This document shows, one piece after another, positions 1 to 9,417 of a stretch of DNA of 64,000 nt; positions within the stretch are counted from its first letter, which is position 1, and each line of letters begins with the position of its first letter. Under the pieces are notes generated by a model. That model did not search any database. It was not told where the DNA came from and saw nothing but the letters and a program-made list of their open reading frames with translations. The position numbers and the translations under genes were made by a program. The stretch covers positions 57,133 through 121,132 of the forward strand of contig JAKVAR010000009.1 of assembly GCA_022447585.1 (NCBI GenBank), written 5' to 3'. The stretch comes from Crocinitomicaceae bacterium (lineage in GTDB: Bacteria; Bacteroidota; Bacteroidia; Flavobacteriales_D; Crocinitomicaceae).

Positions 1-1407
1 GAAGACAGACGTGATTTCTCTTTATCGCTGAGTAAATCAATAGATTGACAAACAGCCATCATGTGAATAGCCATTACTTGGAATCCATTTTCAATTACAT
101 TTTTCGTAATTACAGCACTGTTAGTCCCCATGCTCACGATATCTTGATTATCATTGTTATTAGGGATACTGTGAACATACATTGGGTTAGAAAGTGTCTG
201 ACTTTCTGCCGTAGTTGATGTTGCAGTAAATTGCATTCCTTGAATTCCAAAATTAAATCCTAATTTCTTCATGTTTAGGAAAGCAGGAAACTTGTCGTTG
301 AGTTTTGCATTCAATAAAAAGTTTAATTGACGTTCCGCCAGCATAGTCAAGCGAGTTACTACAATCTTCACCTTATCCATTTCCAATGAGATGTAATCTC
401 CATGGAAGTTACCTCCATGAAATACATTTTGATCTTCAACGCTAACAACAGGGTTGTCATTTGTTGAATTCAATTCATTTTCAATTACTTCTTTAGCATA
501 ATCTAGTGTTTCAAGGACCGGTCCTAATATTTGAGGGACACATCTTATGGAGTAGTACTCTTGAATTTTCTTTTTGAATTCAGAACGTCCCATTTCATCG
601 TCATCCTTAAACAATTCTTCTCTTTTTTTAATCAATTCACTATCTGACAAGAAAGATCTCATATCAGCAGCAATTTGTTGTTGACCTTTATGCCTTTTAA
701 CCTTATTTAGACCAGCTGAGAATGAATCGTCAAATGCTTCAACCACTTCATTAATCATTGCTGAACTTGCAGTAGACCATTTTAGTAATCTGTATGCGTA
801 TATGAGGTTCACGGCACCAATTCCTGTCATACAAGAAGTACCATTCATTAATCCTAAACCATCTCTTAGCTTAACGTCAAGTGGTTTGATGTTTAAATCA
901 GATAGAACATCTTTAGCAAGTTTTCTTTTGCCATCAACGAAAACAAATCCTTCACCAATTAGGTTTAAGGCTAAGTGCGCTAGTTGAACTAAATCTCCAC
1001 TTGCACCGACACCGCCATGAGCAAAAATTTCAGGAGAAATCCTGTTGTTTAAGAATTGAACTAATTTTTCAATTACACCGAGACTAATTCCAGAATTCGC
1101 CTGTAAAAAATTATTGATTCGAGCCATCAGAACGGCTCTTACATATTCTTCTTCAAGCGCATACCCAGTTCCCGCAGAGTGACTTCGAATTAGGTTATAT
1201 TGAAGTTTGTTTAATTTGTCTTCATCAATCTTGAATTGTGCCATTGGCCCAAAACCAGTGTTGATACCATATATTATCTTATCACTTGAAAATTCTTTCA
1301 AAAAGTCAAAAGACTCATTGATTTGAGAAATTAAATCTTCGTTCAAGTTGAACGGCTCAAATTCGAGAGCACATTTTTCAAGTTGGCTTAAGTTAATTTG
1401 ATTCATA
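1..1407 (-). CDS. Aromatic amino-acid ammonia-lyase, tyrosine ammonia-lyase-like (partial; about 35-40 C-terminal residues lie beyond the left edge)
   Basis: Minus-strand frame is open to nt 1 with ATG at 1407..1405. It is absent from the ORF track because it is truncated. My translation: MNQINLSQLEKC..YGINTGFGPMAQF..LQYNLIRSHSAGTG..AHGGVGASGDLVQLAHLALNLIGEG. The Ala-Ser-Gly triad is the MIO-cofactor precursor of HAL/PAL/TAL lyases. From memory, the N-terminal 150 aa closely resemble flavobacterial TALs of flexirubin clusters. Confidence 0.85.
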
Positions 1408-1555
1408 TAATGTAATGTCTTAACATTTAAGTAAACTGTTTTCGAATAAAAAAACAGGACGTAAAAATACTAATTTTTAATGAGAATAATTAGTCTCATT
1501 TCTATTCTGATTTAGTCTAATAGAAACCTAAAAAAGAACTGTTAGTACTAACTTG

Positions 1556-2608
1556 TTATTTTTTTAATTCGATTTCCAAAATTGTATGGAAACTATCTTC
1601 ATGCAAATAATGCTCTTTTATGCACTCGAAACCAACGTTTTTAACAATGTATTTCATTGCTGAGGCTGTATACATTTTACTATTTCCGTTCGCTAAAGCC
1701 GTGAAATATAGAGATGTTGCGACCAAACTATGCGTAGCAGCTGGGAAACGTTGATCGTCAATAAACGTCTCCATGATGTAAATTTTTGCATCTGGCTTCA
1801 TGTTCTTTTTGATCTTCAATAGAATTTGTTCTATCTCTTCCTCGCTGAAACAGTCTAAGAATTGGCTCATCCAGTAAACATCCGCACCAGATGGAATTTC
1901 CGATGTTTTGTCTAAAAGGTCAATCGTTTGAAATTCTACACGATCTCTAATTTCTTCTATTCTATTGATGTTTTCCTGAGCAACTTTAATTTGACCTGGC
2001 AAGTCAAACATTTTCACTTTAATCTCATTGTTATACTTTGTGCTTGCAATACTCCATTTTCCAGTGTTACCTCCAATATCAAATATTTGCTTTGGACTAT
2101 CTTTGAAAATGATTTTCAAGGCATCATCGAAAGAATTGTCAGAGTAGAAGTGATCAAAATCAAACCAAGATTTCTTCACTTTTTCAGGCAATTGTGAAAG
2201 ACCTTCGTAGATGGTGTTCCATTCACCGAAAACTTTTAACCCTTCAGCTTTTCCATTTTGAATAGATTCTTTTAAATAGAAAAGACCATTATAACAAACA
2301 TCATGTGTAAAGTAAAGATTTACTTTTGTCATTTCGTCACGAAGTAAGAAATAACCAGTTTTTGTCGTTGAATAGATTCCTGGTTCTTTTTGTTCTAAAA
2401 TGTCAGCAGAATCTGCCATTTCACACAGGACACGAACTCCGTATTCAGAAACATCAGTCTTTTTTGCAATCTCTTTAATTGTCAGGCCTGATTTAGAATC
2501 AAATATCGCTTCCAGTATTCCAAGTTCAAGCATTGTATAGGCCGTTTCAAATACGAACGGGCTAAATGCTATCTTATGCGCTTCATGTAGAGCTTCTAGT
2601 GCTTTCAT
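1556..2608 (-). CDS. SAM-dependent O-methyltransferase (family 2, with N-terminal dimerisation/winged-helix domain)
   Basis: 350-aa ORF with SAM motif I FDIGGNTGKWS. The length and architecture are typical of small-molecule O-methyltransferases, and it sits inside the pigment cluster. Confidence 0.8.
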   Translation of the reverse strand: MKALEALHEAHKIAFSPFVFETAYTMLELGILEAIFDSKSGLTIKEIAKKTDVSEYGVRVLCEMADSADILEQKEPGIYSTTKTGYFLLRDEMTKVNLYFTHDVCYNGLFYLKESIQNGKAEGLKVFGEWNTIYEGLSQLPEKVKKSWFDFDHFYSDNSFDDALKIIFKDSPKQIFDIGGNTGKWSIASTKYNNEIKVKMFDLPGQIKVAQENINRIEEIRDRVEFQTIDLLDKTSEIPSGADVYWMSQFLDCFSEEEIEQILLKIKKNMKPDAKIYIMETFIDDQRFPAATHSLVATSLYFTALANGNSKMYTASAMKYIVKNVGFECIKEHYLHEDSFHTILEIELKK

Positions 2609-2687
2609 TTTATAATTTTTTATTCCTAATAACTTTATGTTTTAATCATATACGGATCAGGAAAAATTTGAATCGTTTAGTTTTTTG

Positions 2688-2695
2688 CAAAAGTA
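2688..2695 (-). promoter_or_regulatory. Candidate Bacteroidota -7 promoter box (TACTTTTG on minus strand) for the O-methyltransferase
   Basis: Matches the TAnnTTTG consensus about 80 nt upstream of the ATG at 2608, in a divergent intergenic region. Confidence 0.3.
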
Positions 2696-2761
2696 AAAAA
2701 TATTGTTTTCAATTTCATCATTATTGAATAGGATTTCAACAGGTTATTTACATGATTTTTT

Positions 2762-2769
2762 TACATTTG
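2762..2769 (+). promoter_or_regulatory. Candidate -7 promoter box TACATTTG for the exporter-fusion operon
   Basis: Matches TAnnTTTG 82 nt upstream of the start at 2851. Confidence 0.3.
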
Positions 2770-2850
2770 GGCACTTTATATCATCGCATTTATCCTTTAT
2801 GCTATGAAATAATGTCAAATCAACGTTTTGTAAAAAGTAATTAATGGCTA

Positions 2851-5800
2851 TTGGGTAATCTATTCTCAAATATTGTTTCCTTTCTGAATCGAAATCTTTT
2901 GGGATATTTTTCGATACTTGCTGGGTTAATTATCGTTCTTTATTTTGGGATGATCCAATTGAAGTTGGATGACAATATTTATTCAATTTTTCCGAAAGGA
3001 GATTCCTTTAAAGAATTCAATCAAGTTCTAAAGGATAATAATTTAAATAAGCAGATCGTTTTTTCTATTGATGCCCAAAAGCGAGATGTTGATGTGCTCA
3101 TGTCTGTTCTAGATTCAATCGTTATGGAGATAGAAGAGAGTACTAACGGACTTTTAACAGAGTTAGAGTATTACCATGAAGATCAAGAATCTGCTATTTT
3201 AAATCATTATTATGATTTTTTCCCTGCTTTTGTTAATCCAAAGGATTATGGTGAGTTCTCAAAAAAAATATCTCGAGATTCTATTGAACATTCTATCGCA
3301 GTAGCAAGTGATCGTTTATCTTCCGTGAATTCTTTTTTTTTAAGAGAGATAATAGCGAAAGACCCGCTCGGTATTGCATGGTCGGGATTAAAGGATTTGA
3401 ACCCGCAATCGGATGAAGCAAAATTCTTTATTGAAGATGGACTATTATATTCAAAAAATAAGGAGAAGGTAATTCTTAACGGGGTTTTGAATTTTGAACT
3501 TGAGAACAATGAAAGTAATGCCCGATTAAATATAGCCTTAGAATCTTTCAGGAATAAGGTGAATTCAGGAACTGAAGTCTTTGATTATTTTGGAACATTT
3601 CAGATTTCATATGAGAACTCAAAGCAAGTTAAGAAAGATACATTTCTAACAATGATTTTAAGTATCGGTCTAATCTTGTTATTACTTATTGTTTATTATC
3701 GAAGCTTATTAACACCAATTTATTTTGTTTTACCTGCATTGTTCTCTGGTTATAGTGGATTAGCTATCGTAGGATTTATTCAGCCAGAAATTTCTGCTAT
3801 ATCTATCGCAACCTCTGCTGTTTTAATGGGGATTGTTCTTGACTATTCTTTTCATTTCTTTACACACTTTAAGCATTCTAAGGATTTAAAGCAGACTGTT
3901 AAGGAACTAACCTTTCCTATGTTAGTGGGAAGCTTTACTACTGTTGCGGCTTTTGCTGCACTGATGTTTACTGACTCCATTGTCTTACAGAACTTCGGAT
4001 TAATTGCGCTTTGTACGCTGAGTTCTGCAGTTATTTTTACTTTATTGTTGTTACCACCTTTCTTGAAATTTGTTCGATTTAATCCTAAATCAAAACTAAG
4101 AGATGGCAAGTCTAAGAAGTTACCTAAGATTATTTTTAGAGTTATGATTTACGGTGTAATTCTGACAACAATTTTCTTTTTATTTAAAACGAATGGGGTT
4201 AGTTTCGATTCAGATTTAAATAACCTAAGTTTTCATACACAGGAATTAATTGATAAGGAGGAGTTTTATACGGGCATTAATCCGAAGGAAGAAAAAAAGC
4301 TTCACTTATTCATAACGGCAGATAACAAAGAAGATGCTTTAAAGCAAAATTTCAAGTTATATGAAGGACTGATTGAGTTTAGAAGCGACAAAGGACTTGA
4401 AGAACTCATTTCTACTGCACCTTATTTAATACCATCCGAGATTCTTAAAGAGAAAACAGATGCCTGGAATAGATTTTGGGGCAAGCATAAGAGAAGTGTA
4501 GTTGCGAATGTTAACAATGCAGCTGAGGTATACGACTTTTCATCAAAAGCCTTTAAACCTTTCGAACGATGGATTGATAGTGCTGGGACAGGAGTTTTGG
4601 AGGATGAATTACTTGTAAGTCTTGGTTTGAATCGATTTGCTTCTCAAACTGAAGAAGGATGGACAATAGTTACAAGTGTTGTTGTAAATAGACAAGAGTT
4701 AGATTCTTTTAAGACAGAGTTTTCTAATTATGAAGGAGTTTACATTTTTGATGTTTCAGAGATGGCAAACGAATTAATGGTTTCGGTACAAAAAGATTTT
4801 AATTATTTATTGTTGTTTTCATCACTTGTTGTATTCCTATCTCTTTTAATTATTTATGGTAGAATAGAGTTAGCATTATTCAGCTTCTTGCCAATGATTG
4901 TTAGTTGGATTTGGATTATTGCAATTGCAGGAATGCTTGAGATTCAATTTAACTTTGTGAATATAATTGTGGCTACATTCATATTTGGTTTGGGAGATGA
5001 CTTTAGCATTTTTGTTACTGATGGACTAATTCAAAAGTATAAAACGAAGTCGAATTCACTTAGTTCATATCGTTCAGCAATTGTACTTTCAGGAATCACA
5101 ACTATTATAGGAACTGGCGTGTTGTATTTTGCTAAACATCCTGCAGTTCATTCAATTGCCGTGATTAGTGTGGTGGGTATTGCATGCATAATGATAGTTA
5201 CGCTGATTATTCAACCATCAATTTTTAGATTTTTCATTACGAACAGAACGGACAAGAAAAAATCTCCAGTAACTTTATTTGGCTTATTAATAAGCATTAC
5301 TCTGTTTGTGTATTTCTTCATAGGTTGCATTTTGATAAATTTATTTTTGCTCATTCTTATTCCTTTTCCAGCACCTCAAAAGTCTAAGAGAAATTTATTG
5401 AATTACATTGTTTCTAAACTTGCTAAGTCTACAATTTATTTAGGTTTCCACGTTAAAAAACAAATCGTTGATGAACATAAATTGAATTTTGATCAGCCTT
5501 CTGTGATTGTTGCGAATCATTCTTCATTTCTCGATATTTTATTAATGATTATGCTTAATCCAAAAGTGATTATCATGGTTAAAAAATGGGTTTATAATTC
5601 TCCAGTGTTTGGATTGTTTATTAGATATTCGGGTTATTTGTTTGTAGCGGAAGGAGCAGAGTACAATATGGATTTGATGAAATCTAGAGTGGAGGATGGT
5701 TATTCGATAATGATTTTCCCGGAAGGAACAAGGTCTACGGATGGCGAAATTAAAAGATTTCATAAAGGTGCTTTTTATTTAGCGAAGGAGTTGCAATTAG

Positions 5801-6666
5801 ACATTCAGCCAATATTAATTGTTGGGGCTAACTACGTGAATACAAAGAATGATTTCATTATCAAATCAGGGGCGTTAACTCTCGTTGTTTTAGATCGAAT
5901 TGGCTCTGATAATTTAAGCTATCAAAAACGTTTTGGTCTCTTCACAAAGGACGTTACTCAATTAATGAGAATTGAGATGAAAGAGTTTAAAAGGGTTAAT
6001 TTAAACACGAAGTATTATAAAAATAGAGTAGGATATAATTTTTTATATAAAAGTCCTATTACAGAATGGTATGTAAAGGTTAAGTGGGGGTTTGAAGCAA
6101 AGAATTTCGAGTATTACGATAAATTAATTAATGAACGAAAAAAGATTTATGACATTGGTTGTGGATTAGGTTATTTTAGTTATTACTTACATTATAGAAA
6201 TGAGAAACGCGAAATTATTGGAGTTGATTATGATGAGGATAAAATATGCGTTGCTCAAAATGGGTATGATAAAACAGATATGCTCAACTTTGTTTCAGGA
6301 GATCTTAGATCGGTTGATTTTGATAAACCTGATGTAGTTTTCTTTAATGATGTACTTCATTATGTTAGTTTAGAAGATCAGATGAAAGTATTGCATAAAG
6401 TTGCTGATAATTTGAATGAAGAAGGTATGATTATTATACGTGACGGTATTACGGATTTGATTGATAGACATGTGATTACACAGAGAACGGAAAAATACTC
6501 GACTAGAATTGTTAATTTCAATAAAACATCCGGAGATTTATCCTTCTTTTCATCAAAAGATATTTTTAATTTCGCCGAGGGAAGAAATTTCCAGTGCGAG
6601 ATGTTAGAGCAATCTGACAAGACCTCTAACGTACTTTTTATACTTGTTAAAACTACGAATGACTGA
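2851..6666 (+). CDS. Three-module fusion: MMPL/RND-like membrane exporter + PlsC-type (lysophospholipid) acyltransferase + class I SAM methyltransferase
   Basis: 1271-aa ORF with a TTG start.
- aa 1-~800 contain two hydrophobic bundles, each preceded by a ~200-aa soluble loop (MMPL topology).
- Acyltransferase motifs: HX4D as NHSSFLD (nt 5518-5535) and FPEGTRS (~nt 5715-5735).
- Methyltransferase motif I: IYDIGCGLGY (~nt 6145-6174). Confidence 0.8.
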   Translation: MGNLFSNIVSFLNRNLLGYFSILAGLIIVLYFGMIQLKLDDNIYSIFPKGDSFKEFNQVLKDNNLNKQIVFSIDAQKRDVDVLMSVLDSIVMEIEESTNGLLTELEYYHEDQESAILNHYYDFFPAFVNPKDYGEFSKKISRDSIEHSIAVASDRLSSVNSFFLREIIAKDPLGIAWSGLKDLNPQSDEAKFFIEDGLLYSKNKEKVILNGVLNFELENNESNARLNIALESFRNKVNSGTEVFDYFGTFQISYENSKQVKKDTFLTMILSIGLILLLLIVYYRSLLTPIYFVLPALFSGYSGLAIVGFIQPEISAISIATSAVLMGIVLDYSFHFFTHFKHSKDLKQTVKELTFPMLVGSFTTVAAFAALMFTDSIVLQNFGLIALCTLSSAVIFTLLLLPPFLKFVRFNPKSKLRDGKSKKLPKIIFRVMIYGVILTTIFFLFKTNGVSFDSDLNNLSFHTQELIDKEEFYTGINPKEEKKLHLFITADNKEDALKQNFKLYEGLIEFRSDKGLEELISTAPYLIPSEILKEKTDAWNRFWGKHKRSVVANVNNAAEVYDFSSKAFKPFERWIDSAGTGVLEDELLVSLGLNRFASQTEEGWTIVTSVVVNRQELDSFKTEFSNYEGVYIFDVSEMANELMVSVQKDFNYLLLFSSLVVFLSLLIIYGRIELALFSFLPMIVSWIWIIAIAGMLEIQFNFVNIIVATFIFGLGDDFSIFVTDGLIQKYKTKSNSLSSYRSAIVLSGITTIIGTGVLYFAKHPAVHSIAVISVVGIACIMIVTLIIQPSIFRFFITNRTDKKKSPVTLFGLLISITLFVYFFIGCILINLFLLILIPFPAPQKSKRNLLNYIVSKLAKSTIYLGFHVKKQIVDEHKLNFDQPSVIVANHSSFLDILLMIMLNPKVIIMVKKWVYNSPVFGLFIRYSGYLFVAEGAEYNMDLMKSRVEDGYSIMIFPEGTRSTDGEIKRFHKGAFYLAKELQLDIQPILIVGANYVNTKNDFIIKSGALTLVVLDRIGSDNLSYQKRFGLFTKDVTQLMRIEMKEFKRVNLNTKYYKNRVGYNFLYKSPITEWYVKVKWGFEAKNFEYYDKLINERKKIYDIGCGLGYFSYYLHYRNEKREIIGVDYDEDKICVAQNGYDKTDMLNFVSGDLRSVDFDKPDVVFFNDVLHYVSLEDQMKVLHKVADNLNEEGMIIIRDGITDLIDRHVITQRTEKYSTRIVNFNKTSGDLSFFSSKDIFNFAEGRNFQCEMLEQSDKTSNVLFILVKTTND

Positions 6667-8188
6667 AACTAAAAATATATACGATTTTATTATTGTGGGA
6701 AGTGGCATTGGTGGCTTGGTTTCTGCTGCTCTTCTTGGAATGGAAGGTCATTCTGTTTTAGTCCTAGAAAAAAATCATCAAATTGGTGGTAGCTTGCAAG
6801 TTTTTAGTCGGGATAAGTGTGTGTTCGATACTGGTGTTCATTACATTGGAAGTTTAGATGAAGGTGAGAACTTACATCAAATATTCAAGTATCTCGGGAT
6901 AATCAGTGAGTTGAACATGATGCGGTTAGATGACGATGCATTCGATATAATCCGATTCGCTGATGGCCGTGAATACAAGCATGCGCAAGGTTATGATAAA
7001 TTCCAGAGTCAACTAATTAGTGATTTTCCAGATGAGGAGAATGCGATTCGTGAGTTTTGTGCTAAGGTTAAAGAAATTTGTGACCATTTCCCGCTTTATA
7101 ATTTAGAAAGCGAAGATGATTCCGTGAATTATGTAAATAATCCGGAGGTGCTTTCAATTAATGCTTGGGATTATTTAGGTTCAATTACGAAGAATCAACG
7201 TTTGAGAGCAGTTCTATTAGGAAATGGTGTTCTATACGCAGGTGATCGATCTACAACTCCTTTGTACGTTGTTTCGCTAATTTTGAATAGTTACCTTAAT
7301 GGCAGTTACCGAATGATTAATGGAGGGTCTCAGATTGCTCGTCAATTGACAAAGAAGATTCATACATTAGGTGGAAAGGTATTGAAGCATCAAGATGTTT
7401 GTGAAGCTAAGTATACAGGTGGAAATGTTTCTTCAGTTCTGACAAAAAATGGAGAAGAGTATTTTGGAGTTAACTTTATTTCGAATGTGAATCCGAAGCG
7501 AACTATAGAAATGTTCGGAAAAGATCATTTTAGAGCTGCTTATAGAAACAGGCTGAATAAAATTAAAAACACCGTATCTTCATTCATGCTCTATTTATCG
7601 TTCAAGGAAGAGTCTTTCGAATACTTCAATAGCAATAGATATATTTATAAAATTGATGATGTTTGGGATACTGTGGACTACAGTGATGCAGTTTGGCCAG
7701 AAACCTTATATGTATGTACTCCAGCTTCAACAAATCAAGGGAAGTGGGCTGAGTCTATGACTGTGATGGCTTATATGAACTATGATGAGGTTGCTCAATG
7801 GGGAGAATCATTTAATACGGTTGCTGTTGCTGGAGAGCGCGGAGAGGAATATGAGCAATTCAAAAAGGAAAAGGAAGAAATTGTTCTGAAGGAACTGGAA
7901 AAAACATATCCAGATATTAGAAAGTCAATAAAAGGGATTTATAGTTCAACCCCATTGACTTATAAAGATTATATAGGAACTGATGACGGTTCATTATATG
8001 GGATTTTAAAGGACTCCAATAATATTATGTATTCTAAAATTAACGCTCGAACAAGAGTGCCTAATTTATATTTAACGGGACAGAACATAGTTTTCCATGG
8101 GATATTAGGATCTACTATTGGTTCATTAGTGACTTGTTTTAACTTTATAGATAGAAAGGAGTTGATTGAGAAAATAAAGCAAGCATAA
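6659..8188 (+). CDS. NAD(P)/FAD-dependent oxidoreductase, phytoene-desaturase (CrtI)-like
   Basis: Dinucleotide-binding motif FIIVGSGIGGLVSAALL..LEKN and ~510 aa length. The track start at 6644 is TTG. The ATG at 6659 gives an 8-nt overlap with the upstream stop (6664-6666), so I prefer it. Confidence 0.75.
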   Translation: MTETKNIYDFIIVGSGIGGLVSAALLGMEGHSVLVLEKNHQIGGSLQVFSRDKCVFDTGVHYIGSLDEGENLHQIFKYLGIISELNMMRLDDDAFDIIRFADGREYKHAQGYDKFQSQLISDFPDEENAIREFCAKVKEICDHFPLYNLESEDDSVNYVNNPEVLSINAWDYLGSITKNQRLRAVLLGNGVLYAGDRSTTPLYVVSLILNSYLNGSYRMINGGSQIARQLTKKIHTLGGKVLKHQDVCEAKYTGGNVSSVLTKNGEEYFGVNFISNVNPKRTIEMFGKDHFRAAYRNRLNKIKNTVSSFMLYLSFKEESFEYFNSNRYIYKIDDVWDTVDYSDAVWPETLYVCTPASTNQGKWAESMTVMAYMNYDEVAQWGESFNTVAVAGERGEEYEQFKKEKEEIVLKELEKTYPDIRKSIKGIYSSTPLTYKDYIGTDDGSLYGILKDSNNIMYSKINARTRVPNLYLTGQNIVFHGILGSTIGSLVTCFNFIDRKELIEKIKQA

Positions 8189-9417
8189 TGACGAAAGAAT
8201 TCGATTTTGATGTAGTGATTATCGGTGCCGGACCGGCAGGATCAGTCGCTGGAGCAAAATTTATTCAAGAAGGATTTTCTGTGCTGGTTTTAGAAAAAAT
8301 GGATTTTCCTCGATTTGTTATCGGAGAAAGTTTATTGCCTCAAAGTATGGATTACTTGGAGAAAGTTGGCCTTTTAGAATGCGTCGAAAAGCAGAAGTTT
8401 CAAGTCAAAACAGGAGTTACTTTTTATCACAATGATGATGTATGCGATTTTTTGTTTAAAGATCGATTTAGCGAAGGATGGGATTATACTTATCAAGTTA
8501 AGAGAGTAGATTTTGACTTTGCATTGATCAAAGAAGTTGAGAGAAAAGGTGTAAATGTGCGCTTCAATGCTGAAGTTAAATCGGTGAAAACATCAAAGAA
8601 AGAACAGTATATTCTTTTTAGGGATGAGAAGGGGGATGAGCAAACGGTAAAAAGTCGTTTTGTAATTGATGCTAGCGGTTATGGACGAGTTTTGCCTAAA
8701 ATGTTCAAGCTAGAGGAACCTGCGGTCACAATCCCAAGAGGATCGATTTATTGTCATGTCAATGACCACAAAAGAACACATAAGGCAGGGAATAACATTT
8801 TTGTTCATGCTTTTAATGACAATTCTTCGTGGATTTGGTCTATACCATTTTCGGATAGAACAGCTTCAGTAGGAGTTGTTGGAAATGTCGATTTCATTAA
8901 TGAATGTAGCGATAATAGTGAAAAAGGGTTTAAAGAGCTAATAAAATCATTTCCCGGATTAGAAGGTAGGTTTAATGATACTGAATTTATTTTTGAACCA
9001 AAAAAGATTTTGAATTATTCAATTTCTGTTAAAGAAATGCATGGTGATGGCTATGCGCTTTGCGGCAATAGTACTGAGTTCTTAGATCCAATTTTTAGTT
9101 CTGGTGTTACCTTGGCTATTGTTTCTGGATATAATGCTGCATCACTAGCTATTGAAGAAATGAATGGACAGTCTGTTGATTGGGAGAATGATTATGTTGA
9201 CGTTTTGAAACAAGGAATCGATGTATTTAGAAGTTATGTCGATGCATGGTATAATGGAGATTTACATACAATCTTTTTTACCCAAAATGGGAACCCTGAA
9301 TTTAAGCGTCAAATTTGCTCCGTCCTAGCGGGATATGTTTGGGATAAATCTAATCCTTTTGTTCAGAAGCATAAAAGAATTCTCGGAACCTTAGCTAAGG
9401 TTATATCAATGTCTTAA
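8188..9417 (+). CDS. FAD-dependent halogenase-like oxidoreductase
   Basis: Motifs present: GxGxxG (VVIIGAGPAGSVAG), FPRFVIGESLLP, WxWxIP as WIWSIP (nt 8830-8847), and FLDPIFSSG. The start overlaps the upstream stop (TAATG). Confidence 0.7.
   Translation: MTKEFDFDVVIIGAGPAGSVAGAKFIQEGFSVLVLEKMDFPRFVIGESLLPQSMDYLEKVGLLECVEKQKFQVKTGVTFYHNDDVCDFLFKDRFSEGWDYTYQVKRVDFDFALIKEVERKGVNVRFNAEVKSVKTSKKEQYILFRDEKGDEQTVKSRFVIDASGYGRVLPKMFKLEEPAVTIPRGSIYCHVNDHKRTHKAGNNIFVHAFNDNSSWIWSIPFSDRTASVGVVGNVDFINECSDNSEKGFKELIKSFPGLEGRFNDTEFIFEPKKILNYSISVKEMHGDGYALCGNSTEFLDPIFSSGVTLAIVSGYNAASLAIEEMNGQSVDWENDYVDVLKQGIDVFRSYVDAWYNGDLHTIFFTQNGNPEFKRQICSVLAGYVWDKSNPFVQKHKRILGTLAKVISMS

Noticed and set aside
802-987. Short ORFs in the supplied track that lie antisense or out of frame inside long, motif-supported genes. 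Examples: 802-987, 1928-2197, 3246-3509, 3852-4109, 5542-5763, 6378-6620, 10348-10587, 11434-11801, 13509-13742, 15006-15203, 15446-15817, 17967-18159, 19139-19399, 20610-20795, 23578-23769, 29620-29862, 30924-31240, 31635-31886, 34536-34802, 35482-35679, 36371-36634, 41088-41417, 41508-41831, 46230-46427, 48957-49145, 50407-50607, 52434-52646, 54864-55070, 58022-58252, 59024-59239, 59801-60088, 60382-60621, 60770-60970, 61144-61431, 62287-62631.
   Set aside because: Each is fully embedded in, or largely overlaps, a much longer ORF with clear family motifs. Their translations are low-complexity or hydrophobic mirror images typical of shadow ORFs in AT-rich DNA. None has its own promoter box or terminator.
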